Below, in pieces: positions 21,775-32,552 of a stretch of 64,000 nucleotides of DNA. This stretch comes from Diplonema japonicum (Eukaryota; Protista; Euglenozoa: Diplonemea): contig OZ025748.1 in the NCBI GenBank assembly GCA_964019335.1, positions 62,001-126,000 of the forward strand, read 5' to 3'. The notes below the pieces were generated by a model that saw nothing but the letters and a program-made list of their open reading frames with translations, was not told where the DNA came from and did not search any database. Position 1 is the first letter of the stretch; each line of letters opens with the position of its first letter. A program made the translations under genes and the position numbers.

Positions 21775-22656
21775 ACACAGAAATCAAGTATCGTGCTAAG
21801 ATTTGTGAGACAGGACTTCCTGGAACACCAGGAGGCCACGATTGGAGCGGCTTTCTTGACACAAGTGGTGAATCTTGGAGATCAGCAATCTATTAAGTTT
21901 GAGATATGGGATACGGCGGGGCAGGAAAGGTACAAGAGCTTGGCGCCCATGTACTACAGGTAACGGGAAAAAAAAAAAAGAAAAAAAAAAAAAACTAGGG
22001 GTGCCGCAGCTGCCGTAATTGTGTATGATATCACTGACATGAATTCGTTCGTTCGGGCCAAGAATTGGGTGCAGGAGCTGCAGAGGCAAGGGGATACCTC
22101 GGTGGTTATTGCGCTGGCTGGCAACAAGTCTGACCTGGCTGACCAGAGGGTGGTGGAGACCTCGGAGGCGCAAGCTTACGCAGATGAGAAAAATCTGATC
22201 TTCTTGGAGTGCAGTGCCAAGGCAAATCACAATGTGAACGAAATGTTCCTTTCGATAGGTGTGTTGAAGAAGGAGAGAGGGAGAAGAAGAAGGGAATATA
22301 AAAAAAAAATAATTCTTTATGACTATATGTCTTTGTTGTTCGCACGAGCACAAAAGCTTTTTTAAAAAGCTGCCAAAATTTTTTTGCTCAGCACAAGTTG
22401 CATAAAGTTATAAAATCATTTTTTGAAAGATAAATATTTGTAACAAAAAGAAAAAAAAAAAAAAAAAAAAAAAAAACAGCGAAAAAGCTCCCCACTGCCA
22501 GGGCTGCTGTCGTTTCAGGTAGGGACCACCCCACAGTTCCTATTGCAGGAGGTTCAAAAGTATGTGTTTTTTTTTTTCTTTTTCTTTTTTTTTAAATTAT
22601 AATTTTCTTTTTTTTTAAAAAAACAGAAAAGCGAAAAACCTGGCTGCAGTTGTTAA
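21678..22656 (+). CDS. RAB5: Rab5 small GTPase; exons 21678-21728, 21781-21959, 21999-22258, 22480-22559, 22627-22656
   Basis: Spliced product [12 protein letters not shown]|[33 protein letters not shown]|GAAAA..GNKSD..ECSAK..KPGCSC*, with a CXC prenylation motif. Four GT-AG introns of 52, 39, 221 and 67 nt. Confidence 0.92.
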
Positions 22657-23759
22657 AAAAAAAGGGGGAATTTTTCTTCTGTTTCTTTCTCCCGCCCCCA
22701 CCTTTGTTTTTTTTTTTATTCCTCAATTTTTTTTTGCCACAATATTTAAAAGAAAAAAAACCTCCCCCCTCCTTTTCCCCCTTCCCCTGGTTTTTTTTTT
22801 TCCAACTCCACTCAATCGATAATTTTTTTACCCCTTTTTTTTTTAAAATAAAAAAAAGTTAGGTTTTCTCTCTCTTTGGAATTGAAAGGTTGAAGCAGGG
22901 GAAAATGAGAGAAAAGAAGGGGGGGGGGGGGGGAAGGGCTTTTTTGCTTGAACAAATTATTTTTTTTTGATAGAAGGGGTGTTGTGCGTGGCTTCTTCAT
23001 TTGTTACTTCCCCCCCCCCCCCCCCCTCCCCCACCTCTCTCTTTCTCTTTCTCTCTCTTCCCTTTATCGTTACTTAAAACTAGAAATAAACAAAAAAAAA
23101 TTAGAAAAAAAAGGGGGGGGGTTGGTGTGCTATCAGTACGGCCACCAACGTGCAGAAAATTCAGGTGGTGAGGCAAAAAAAAGGGGGGGGATAATGTGTG
23201 AATAAAGTTTTTTTTTCCTATCCTGTTTTTCTTCTTTTTGTGTCTTCCTTTTTCTTGCCGGACGAGGGGGGGGGGGGGGGGGGATCTTTTCAGGACCACA
23301 TACCCCTTACAGGTCAACATGAGTAACATGAAGCATATGAGGCAAAAGTACCCCGTTTATATTCTTTAACATTACCCTTTTGAAAATCGCCTTGCCTTTT
23401 TTTGATTTAAAAAAAAAAAAATATTGTTGTAAAAGAGCTATATAACAACTCTGTTGGTCCAAAAGTACACACCTCAGCAACTACCCCTGGCATGACAACG
23501 ATAGTGAAAAGTGACTCTTTATGACAAATGGGTACCTACCTGGGGAGGACCTGCAAGCTCCCACCCCGCACTTTACCCCCTCTTTATTTTCTTTTAGTGT
23601 TTTTTTTTTTTTTTTTCCCTTTTTTCTCCCCATGTTTTGGACAGGCTAGGAATAGGGAAGGAAGGAGAAAAAGAAAATATATATGTGAAGACAGGAAATT
23701 TTGTGGAGAGGAGGGGAGACTGAACGGTGGAAGGACCCACCGTTCGATTTGTTTATTCT

Positions 23760-23802
<43 letters not shown>

Positions 23803-23804
<2 letters not shown>

Positions 23805-23912
23805 GATCCGGAGCAAAGCGGAGTCCGCAGTCGGCACCCGCCACAACCCTCAGAATGGGGACCGAGCACGAGAAGGCCGGTGAGCACAAAAACGCGCATA
23901 CCTCAAAAGAAT

Positions 23913-23914
<2 letters not shown>
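23803..23914 (+). mobile_element. Short 3'-end fragment of the non-LTR family, inside a T-tract
   Basis: Encodes GTRHNPQNGDR (cf. GTRQQPQNGDR at the end of the 10716 ORF). Tail ggtgagc..gcgcatacc.caaaagaatag; long T-runs on both sides. Confidence 0.8.
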
Positions 23915-23964
<50 letters not shown>

Positions 23965-24181
23965 CTGCACCTTACTTCATTTTATTTTGTTGTAAAAAAA
24001 GAAGAAAAAAAAGAGAAGAATTCTTATGCCCCCCCCCTCCCCCCCGCCCCCTCTTATCTCCTCCCCTCCTTCCATATTTTTCACATCTGCTTTTTTTTTT
24101 TTTTTTTTTTTTTTTTCTTTACTCATGTCTCTTTCCATACAATTTTTTTTTTCCCAAATGTTTTTTTTACGAATGGACAAA

Positions 24182-24234
<53 letters not shown>

Positions 24235-24261
24235 GTGAAGGGGTATTAAAAAAAAAAAAGA

Positions 24262-24939
24262 ATGTGGCGAAATGAGAAGCCCCTGGTGCCTTGTCCTGAC
24301 GGTGCAAAGCGGCACCTGACAGCAAAAGTGTTCTCGCCGGCTGGGACGATGAGAGACGAGGGGGCAATCTGCGAGGGAACAGTAGATATCTTGGCCGAAT
24401 GCTTTGGTGAGCATGGCCCTGCAAACAAGGGGGACTTATTTACTGAATGTTTAAAACTGCTGGACGAAGAGAGGTGCGCATGGGTAGTCGTCCTCTCAGG
24501 CGAGCGTGTCGTGGCTGCTCTAGCCACTGCTGTCTTTACAGATGCCATCCACATCTTAAATTTAGCGGTGGATCCAGAATACCAAGGCCAGGGTGTGGCA
24601 AAATTCGCCCTCAAGGAGGCCCAAAAGATTGCAATCTCCCACAACAAGTCCCGCCTCTGCGGCCACGTCGACCGAGCCAACGCATCCCTATTATCCCTTT
24701 ATAAACACCTTGGCTGTGAGATCCAACAAACTGGGTTTGGCTCGAAAAGTGCAACCCCTACATCAATGCTCAACCTTGCGGCTTCATGGGACCCCAGTTT
24801 ATCCGCGGAAGATGTCACTGCGGAACAACTCCGAGAATGGAACAAAAAACACGGGCAACAGTGCAGCTCCACCGCCATCGGGCTGGCCATATTTGTGTCA
24901 TCTGTTGTTTCAGCTGTGCTTTGGAGGCGTGTGAGGTGA
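24262..24939 (+). CDS. GNAT-family acetyltransferase with C-terminal membrane anchor
   Basis: Motif A ILNLAVDPEYQGQGVA; N..L..LY..LG; hydrophobic tail followed by RRVR. Confidence 0.8.
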   Translation: MWRNEKPLVPCPDGAKRHLTAKVFSPAGTMRDEGAICEGTVDILAECFGEHGPANKGDLFTECLKLLDEERCAWVVVLSGERVVAALATAVFTDAIHILNLAVDPEYQGQGVAKFALKEAQKIAISHNKSRLCGHVDRANASLLSLYKHLGCEIQQTGFGSKSATPTSMLNLAASWDPSLSAEDVTAEQLREWNKKHGQQCSSTAIGLAIFVSSVVSAVLWRRVR

Positions 24940-24943
24940 AATT

Positions 24944-24985
<42 letters not shown>

Positions 24986-25132
24986 TTTAATTAAAAAAAA
25001 AAAAAAAAATAACATTTTCCTCCCAATCACAGCGAATTTTGGAGGGGCGTCTCACCATCCCCCTGCCATCCTTCGAAAAAAAAAAAAATAAATAAAAAAA
25101 AAAATCATAAAAAAAAAAAAATAATAATAATA

Positions 25133-28100
25133 ATGGGGCCCGCGGCATGGTGGCTCATAGTGTTGCAAGCAGTGGTGCTGGCTTCACCGCTGTCATGTGA
25201 GGCACCGTGCAGTGAATGCCCCATGCCGAACACAAGGTCGTTGGAGGTGTTTGTGTCAAATGATTTCCGGCGGGGGCTCGTCGACACCACCTGCGATGTA
25301 GTGCGAGGCTACGCAAAGCGCCACGACCTGAACATAACGGGTCAGGACAACATGAAGGCCTTCAGCGACCAGACATGGGCGTCAGACCTAACAGAGGACT
25401 ACTACACCTACTCTTTAGAAATGTTCGCACAGCACGAAGAAGAGATCCTCGACCTCCTCTACTTCCCCAGCGAATGGATCCCCGCCTTCGAAGGATACAT
25501 CGAAAACTTAACAAGCCTCAATATCAGCAACATAAGAACAAAGCTTATCAAACACGCGACCACCAATATGTCAGACATCGTATCTGTAGCAACAAGCCCT
25601 GACCAAACCGTGTTCTACTACAAGAAGAGTGTGTTTGACATGTTGAACATAACGTGGCCGACTGATAGTTTGGACAGCTTGGCCGACATCATGCGTGTTA
25701 TTAAGAAAGATTTTGGCGGGTTTCCCTTGGCAATACCGGCAGCGCACTCAAATGAATCTTCGTACAGCTTTGCCACCCTGCTGTCTACACAACCTCACGC
25801 TGGGCATCTTGTTGAAGACGATGGCCGTGTTACAATAAACAATACCAATGTCACGTTTATCATGAACATGTGGCGGTCGTGGTACGGGGATATCCTCCCC
25901 GAACGGAGCGTAACCCGCAACGAAGCAAGGGAAATGTTCTTAAACGGTTCAATTGCGGTGTACCTTGGTTGGTCGTCAGACTCTGCAATATTGAATGTTC
26001 ATTCAAAATCAGATGACTTTGCAGCAGGTCCTGTCCCTGGCGGGTTAGGATGCTCCGGAGATGTCGGTTTCGCCATTAATTCTCAGTCCACCGCGAACGT
26101 TCAAACACATCTTCGCAATATCCTTCAAGATTTTGTCACCCACGGTGCAAAATTTCTTCATATCTCGTCTCCCGGAAGCCAGCCGGTTGTAAAGGACTTC
26201 CGTTCAGACACAAAAACATGGGAGGTGTACAAAAGTTATAACCGCATACTTCACGAGAGCCACGAGGCATACCCCGAGTTCTGGGAGGCAGTCACCTACC
26301 GCTCTGCCGGATGCCGAGCGGTTTTTCGAACGTGTGCCGATACAGTACATTCTAAACTGGAACCTTTCCTCTCTCGTAGAAACGCCTCGAAGACATCGGA
26401 TAAGGTTGTTTCAGAGCTTGAAACGGATTTGCACAAATTGTTGGGTCATTGGAAATACGTCCCTGGTGACAACAGCAGTGGAACATGGACAAAATCGAGG
26501 GTAGCGCTTCTTACAACATGCGCCGTGTGCCTTGTGCTGTTTATCCTGCTCGGGTTGTTCATTTGGAGCGAAACACGGAAAATGAGAAGGGTACCGACCT
26601 ATACCATACCTATATCGGTGTTGTTGGGGCTTGTCGTCATGGCTTTCGGGGTGGTTTTAAGCACCAGTCTCGTCACACTTCAGGATGGTACAACAAAAGC
26701 GATATCTCGTGAGCTTGCGAAGGATGTCCGTGTGCAGTCGATGACAGCGATGGAGAATCTTGTCACCGTGACGGTGGATAGTTTGAGACAGTCGGGCCAG
26801 GCGTCGCTCTACATCATCCAACGAACCGTTTCATCCGCGAAGAATTTCCTGGGGAAGATGGAGCTGCACCCGCGTTCCTTTGTGATTGTCATCGACAGAA
26901 AGAACGGCGATGTTTTAATCTCATCGAACCCTTCCATCGTCCCGGAAACATCCGTCCTCGATTGGGAGGCATCGCCCTACACACTTGTCTCCGCTGCACT
27001 AAAACAGTACCAATGGAGGACGGGGGAGAGTATAATCGATGCGGAGGTAGCCCACACTATATACGGACCGGGCGGCGATGCATGGCATGTCAACGCGCAA
27101 CAACTCGATGCAGGTACAGAAGGATTGAAATTCGTTGGATTCTCATGGGTAATGCTATACATGACACCAAGGGACATCATTCTAAGCCGAGCCGACGAGG
27201 TCAGAGATAAATCACTAGACATCGCAATTCTACAAACAGTACTTGCGATTGCCGTTGCGGTGTTATCAGCTGCGTTGATCTCACGGCCGTTGGTGAACCT
27301 TGCCGTCGACATGGAACATGTCAGGGTCATGGACGTGGAGTCGTTAAAAAAGCGAGACAGTGCTCTGACAGAAGTCAAAGCGCTCCTCGCAGGATTTTAC
27401 TCCGTCTGCAAAATCTTGAAGGAGTACAAATCGTTCCTCCCCGACGCGCTCTTCAACGAGGACACTGCCGACGACATCTCCCCGCAGTCCAACAGCCGCC
27501 CGCCTTTCAACAACGGTAAAGCTGCCATTGTATTCACAGACATTCAAAGCTCCACCGAAATGTGGTACAAGGCACCCCACGGGATGAAAAAATCCCTCCG
27601 TGTGCACAACCAAGCCATACGACGATGCATAGATAGACACGACGGCTACGAGGTTAAAACTATAGGCGACTCCTTTATGGTTGCCTTTGAAGATCTTCAC
27701 AAGGCGGTTGCGTTTTGCATTGCCGTTCAAGAAGTTTTATATGCGTCGGAGTGGCCGACAGAGCTCCTCGCGATGCCTTTGTGCAAACACCAAACCGGGA
27801 AATGGAAAGGTCTACGGGTTCGAATGGGGGTTAACTACGGATCGGTAACCCTTGAAAACTCTCAAATGACCGGGCGAGCAGACTATCTCGGCGCAACGGT
27901 CAACAAAGCAGCGAAGCTGGAGTCCGCCGGGTTCGGGGGGTCGATTTCGTTAACAGAAGACGACCTCAAAAACCTAAATCTAGAGGCACTAAACAACCCC
28001 GTTACAATCTCATGCGGAACAGTAGAACTGCGGAACATGCCGGACCAAGAAGTCCATTTATTAATCCCGAAAAGCTTGAAAGGCCGCGTACCGTATCTGG

Positions 28101-29095
28101 AAGAGAAGGTGGCTGTTCAGAACAACGCGGTCAATCCGTTGGTACGAAACGAAGCTGTTTCCATATCATCTATGAACGAGACGGCAACACTGACAAAATC
28201 GTTAATGCCGAGAATGCTGAAAGAAAAAATGCACCGAGCGCAAGGAACGGTCGCACACGTTCGTGTGGCGTACGAATCGTTAAACACATCGACGATACCA
28301 CTAGTCCGTGTGAACGAGGTTTTGTCGGCAACGGTTCATTGCGTTGAAATGTGTGGCGGGACGGTGGTATCGGTGTGCTCCGCCGCCGTTGTTTCCGCGT
28401 GGAACACAACAAAAAAATGCACAACGCACGTTCTCAACACCGTCCGGTTCATCGGCGTGTTCAGTAAGCAACTCAACCACACCGACGGCGCTTGGCGAGA
28501 TAAATGCACCCTTGGTGTAGCATCAGGAGGGGTACTCTACGGCAACGCTGGGTCACGCGAACTGCGCTTCTCGCTGGTAATCGGATCTGTAGTTGAAACT
28601 GCTGGACTTCTCTCTGAAGCCAGCAAAGACTTGGGTGCGTTTTGCTTAATGGCAACCCTCCCCGGTCAAGCCGACTTGACGCTGGACAACACCATTCGAA
28701 AGGTGATCCGGCCCGTCGACACATGGTCCACCTCATGCGGGCAAAAAGTTGTTATTTACCAACCTCGTGTGGGGAAGCTATCCAGAATTGGTGAACAATC
28801 CGCGTATATTCCCCCAACCAGAACCTGTAATAGTGAGGAGGGGATTGATGGAGAATGCGATGCTTGGGGTTGGACTAAGGAATATACCACGAGTTTTCAC
28901 AACGGTGATGTTGAACGGATAGGGGAGAGTGCTGATCCTGTGTTGAAGAAGGTTGCTGCTTGGATGTCGAAAACTGTCCCGAAGCCTCACTGTAAGACGG
29001 CCGTGGGTTATGACCTATCGCCGCAGCCCACCCCCGTCCAGGAGGAGAATCACAGGTATCCTCTGGGGAATATTATCGTCCCCGCTGGTCTTTGA
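25133..29095 (+). CDS. Receptor-type adenylate cyclase: signal peptide, solute-binding-protein-like ectodomain, 2 TM, second ectodomain, TM, HAMP, cyclase, degenerate cyclase
   Basis: IVFTDIQSST, YEVKTIGDSFMV, LRVRMG, DYLGATVNKAAKLES; HAMP-like ISRPLVNLAVDME; three hydrophobic segments. Confidence 0.88.
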   Translation: MGPAAWWLIVLQAVVLASPLSCEAPCSECPMPNTRSLEVFVSNDFRRGLVDTTCDVVRGYAKRHDLNITGQDNMKAFSDQTWASDLTEDYYTYSLEMFAQHEEEILDLLYFPSEWIPAFEGYIENLTSLNISNIRTKLIKHATTNMSDIVSVATSPDQTVFYYKKSVFDMLNITWPTDSLDSLADIMRVIKKDFGGFPLAIPAAHSNESSYSFATLLSTQPHAGHLVEDDGRVTINNTNVTFIMNMWRSWYGDILPERSVTRNEAREMFLNGSIAVYLGWSSDSAILNVHSKSDDFAAGPVPGGLGCSGDVGFAINSQSTANVQTHLRNILQDFVTHGAKFLHISSPGSQPVVKDFRSDTKTWEVYKSYNRILHESHEAYPEFWEAVTYRSAGCRAVFRTCADTVHSKLEPFLSRRNASKTSDKVVSELETDLHKLLGHWKYVPGDNSSGTWTKSRVALLTTCAVCLVLFILLGLFIWSETRKMRRVPTYTIPISVLLGLVVMAFGVVLSTSLVTLQDGTTKAISRELAKDVRVQSMTAMENLVTVTVDSLRQSGQASLYIIQRTVSSAKNFLGKMELHPRSFVIVIDRKNGDVLISSNPSIVPETSVLDWEASPYTLVSAALKQYQWRTGESIIDAEVAHTIYGPGGDAWHVNAQQLDAGTEGLKFVGFSWVMLYMTPRDIILSRADEVRDKSLDIAILQTVLAIAVAVLSAALISRPLVNLAVDMEHVRVMDVESLKKRDSALTEVKALLAGFYSVCKILKEYKSFLPDALFNEDTADDISPQSNSRPPFNNGKAAIVFTDIQSSTEMWYKAPHGMKKSLRVHNQAIRRCIDRHDGYEVKTIGDSFMVAFEDLHKAVAFCIAVQEVLYASEWPTELLAMPLCKHQTGKWKGLRVRMGVNYGSVTLENSQMTGRADYLGATVNKAAKLESAGFGGSISLTEDDLKNLNLEALNNPVTISCGTVELRNMPDQEVHLLIPKSLKGRVPYLEEKVAVQNNAVNPLVRNEAVSISSMNETATLTKSLMPRMLKEKMHRAQGTVAHVRVAYESLNTSTIPLVRVNEVLSATVHCVEMCGGTVVSVCSAAVVSAWNTTKKCTTHVLNTVRFIGVFSKQLNHTDGAWRDKCTLGVASGGVLYGNAGSRELRFSLVIGSVVETAGLLSEASKDLGAFCLMATLPGQADLTLDNTIRKVIRPVDTWSTSCGQKVVIYQPRVGKLSRIGEQSAYIPPTRTCNSEEGIDGECDAWGWTKEYTTSFHNGDVERIGESADPVLKKVAAWMSKTVPKPHCKTAVGYDLSPQPTPVQEENHRYPLGNIIVPAGL

Positions 29096-30255
29096 GGTGT
29101 CTATTTTTATATTTCTATTCAGAGATTTATATGTCCTCCAGTTTTTTTTTGGCGTGGGAGAGTAGGGGGGAGGGGGATATATATGACAATCTCTGTTTCT
29201 ATTTCTTTTTGTTTGGTGCGTCTCTTTTTTCGATCTTCTTCTTCTTCCCCCACCCCATGTTTTTCTTTTCGTGGATTTTTTTTTTTTTTTTTTTTTTTAG
29301 GAGAAAAAAAATGAAATTACCACCACTTTTCGTGGCGTTACTCATCCAATGATGGGGGGGGGGGGGGGGGGGGGATGGGCTCGCCTTAAGGTCCCCGAAT
29401 GTCCACAAGGCCTGCTAGTGGCTGAAATCGCAATTTTAAAAAAAAAAAGGCAAAAAAAAAAAAAAAAGAGGGTGTGTTTCAATCCCTTTTTTCTTTTCCC
29501 CCCACCCCCCATGTTTTCTTCTTTTATTCTTTTGCCCAACATGGCTTACGGGGGGTGTCTTTGCTTTTTAGTTTATGAGAAGGGAAAAAAGAGGGGGGGG
29601 GGGGGGGGGGGTGAAGGCCCGTTTTTCTTTTTTACGATTACAGCTTTTTCGTCTCTGGAAATTTGCGAGGAAACACCCTCCAGAAAGAAAGAGGGGAGGG
29701 GTGATAAAAATGAGGGGAAACAAGTTAAGCAAACTTTCTTCGTTCAGCCGTCTTTCTTTTTTTCTGAGACAAAGGAGCGTTTTGCATATTCTCGGCATTT
29801 TTTTTCTCTTTCTTTACACACCTTAAATAGGAAGAAATAAACAAACCTCTCCCTACCGCCTTCTTTTTAAGAAAAAAGATTGTACCAGTTTTGTAACAGT
29901 TCGATTTATTTTTTTTTTAAAGATCTTTTTTTAGGAGGGAGGGGAGGCACGAAAAGTTTCAAAAAAAAAAAAAGAATTACAGAAACGAAAAAAAAAAAAT
30001 TCACACTTCATCTCGATTTTTTTTTTTTTTTTTTTTGCTACGAAAAGTGCCATTAATGTTACGAACAAGAAAAAAAATCCGTTCCGCAAAAATCCGTTCA
30101 GACTGTCGCGTGGGAAAAAAAAAAAAAAAAAAGAAAGGTAAAATGCTGCTGGCAGATAATAAATCCCCCCCCCCCCCAACCCCCCCCCAAAAAAAACCTG
30201 GCTACTTTCAGTATAAGCCAAATTCACCAGTGACATAACCGTTTTTGGTATTCAC

Positions 30256-30298
30256 ATTGTTAGGCGATCACATATTGCAGGTTCCCTTCAAAGATACC
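30256..30298 (+). mobile_element. Solo 3' tail of retroelement family 2
   Basis: ttgttaggcgatcacatattgcaggttcccttcaaagatacc plus T-run; matches the 48316-48360 end of the 47.4 kb remnant. Confidence 0.75.
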
Positions 30299-31002
30299 TT
30301 TTTTTTTTTTTTTTTTTTTTTTTTGATCGACACGTACAAAAGAAAGAAATTTGCGTACAAAATTCTTTCTTCTTCATGATCTTTGCGAAACACTAAAAAA
30401 AAGGGGGGGGGAGGGATGGGAGATTCTTCTCAGGAGGCAAGCATTGTAATAAGGATGGAGGCGAGCAGACAATCCCGCCTTCCCCTCCCCCCGCCTCTGT
30501 CTTTTTTCGTCCATTCGTGTCAGTCTTAAGATGAGCATATATGCCCCCACAAAATTCTGCTCTTTTTTTTTTTTTTTTTTTCTTTTCCCTCGTAAAAGTG
30601 GCAAATAGCTATGAAACTCCCTTGTCGTGCGTAACCACGGTGGAAGGGGAAGAAAAAAAAAAAGCGAGAAAAAAAAGAGAAAAAAAAACCTTTGATTTTT
30701 CATATCACATGTATTTACAATAAGGCAAACAAAAAAAAATAAGCAGTCAATAGCAATCCAGTAGGTTCCAGCATGCGCAAAATAAGTGTGTGCTTTTTTT
30801 TCTTCTTCTTTTTTCTTTTCTTTTTTTTTTTTTCTTCTTTCGTGTTATGTTGTGACTAGCCCCTGTTCTTTTTTACGTTCCGTAGTTCTTTTTTTTCTTC
30901 TTCGTCTTCTTGGATTTCTTTTTTGCCCCCATTCTTGCATCCCTTTTGATTACTCACAGGTTATATAGCTACAAAAGAAGAAAAAAAACAAAAAAAAAGG
31001 AA

Positions 31003-32013
31003 ATGAAATCCGCGGTTCTTGTTGCGATGTGTGCATCCCTTGCTTCTGCACAGCATCCCTTTGTAAACCCCTTGTTCTACACAAGCGGCGACTGCACTGG
31101 GAGCACGGACCCTGCATCGGCACTGTGGAGCTTTCCTGCGAAGGACAATACTGCTGTGAAGCCCTTCTCCGTGGCAGGGAGGGAATTGAGTGGGGTCACC
31201 ATCGACACCTGCTTGACAGACAGCAGCGTGGCGTACTCGGTGATGCTGAAGATCGACTCCACGGCCTGCCCTGGCAACGGTGCGGACACCCTGCAGCTCT
31301 CGTACTGGAGCAGCTCCACAACGTGTGCAGCAGCGGCGACCAGTGTGACGACTCTGACAGAAGGCAGCTGTGTGGCGACACCTCTCGGGTCCGCCTTCTT
31401 CAACACATCGCTCAATGCGAGCGAACTGTGCGTGATGACAAACCTCATCAGCGCCATGAAGACGGGTGGGCTGAGGCTGAGCAACCACCAACTGTCATCG
31501 AACTGCACAGGGTTCTTGTCCCCCTCCATTGAACTTATCGATTTGAACGGGCAGAGTTGCGGGGCTGAGCCGCAGTGCAGGGGGTGCTGCCAGAACTGGG
31601 ACAGCAAGGACTGCACACCTGACGGGTCCCCCAAATACCGTGACGCATTGGCGACATGCCGTGAGGTGTCGGGGTCGTGGGAGGGTGCCCTCACGACACT
31701 GGGTTTCAGTGACAACAAGTGCTCAGCGAGGGACTACGGCAACCCAATCTTTGGGATTGTGCCCAAGCTGTCAGACACTGCAGAGTGCACCAGCTACAGC
31801 AGAGGAGGTTACATTACTTATTCTATTGAAACAAACCTTGTGGCGCCCCTCACGATCGACATCTACTGCCAGTGGGTGCAGCTGAACACGAAGTACAATG
31901 TCGACGGCTTCCTTTCTTGGGATGAGTTCAACAAGCGTGTGAACGGGGCCCCCGCAGCCCACCCCGTTTCTGTCTTGGCGCTTGTGGTGCTTCTTGTCAC
32001 TGTGCTGTTTTAG
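31003..32013 (+). CDS. Cys-rich putative GPI-anchored surface protein, copy 1 (type A)
   Basis: Signal peptide MKSAVLVAMCASLASA; conserved Cys pattern with C..GCC; C-terminal NGAPAAHP plus hydrophobic tail with no cytosolic end. Confidence 0.85.
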   Translation: MKSAVLVAMCASLASAQHPFVNPLFYTSGDCTGSTDPASALWSFPAKDNTAVKPFSVAGRELSGVTIDTCLTDSSVAYSVMLKIDSTACPGNGADTLQLSYWSSSTTCAAAATSVTTLTEGSCVATPLGSAFFNTSLNASELCVMTNLISAMKTGGLRLSNHQLSSNCTGFLSPSIELIDLNGQSCGAEPQCRGCCQNWDSKDCTPDGSPKYRDALATCREVSGSWEGALTTLGFSDNKCSARDYGNPIFGIVPKLSDTAECTSYSRGGYITYSIETNLVAPLTIDIYCQWVQLNTKYNVDGFLSWDEFNKRVNGAPAAHPVSVLALVVLLVTVLF

Positions 32014-32552
32014 ACATCCTTGATGATGGCAATTTGCAACATAGAATTAATGCAAAATAAAGTGAAGTCGAAAATAAAAGAAAAAAATAAGAAAAGAATC
32101 CAAATACCTGTGTACTTGTGGACAATGTGACTTTAATTATGACAAGATTCGTATCCCTCCCTTTTGTAAGCAGCTAGAAGGAAGCTCGCTATATAGTTTC
32201 CCCCGCTGTTTCAATCCCTTTTGTTTCACAAGCTTGTGGGCAAGAAAATGCCTGCTTGCCTTACCTCTTTATATATACAGAACCCCATTTAGTCCCTACG
32301 TTTATCCCATCCCCCAGAAAAGACGGCAAGAAGATTGAGCCCTCTCAGCTTTTGTTTCGTATTACTTGCTTTTAATGTCAGACAGAGATCAACTCCTGGA
32401 GCCCATTGTTCTATTCTTGTGGGCTTCCGTTGCAAATATCATTTTCACTGACACAGCAAACCTTTTCTTACTCCTCCCCTCTTCCCCTCCTTCCCCCTAT
32501 GTGTTCCCATTTACCTTTTTCATAACATTCCACAACAGTTGAATTAAAAGAA

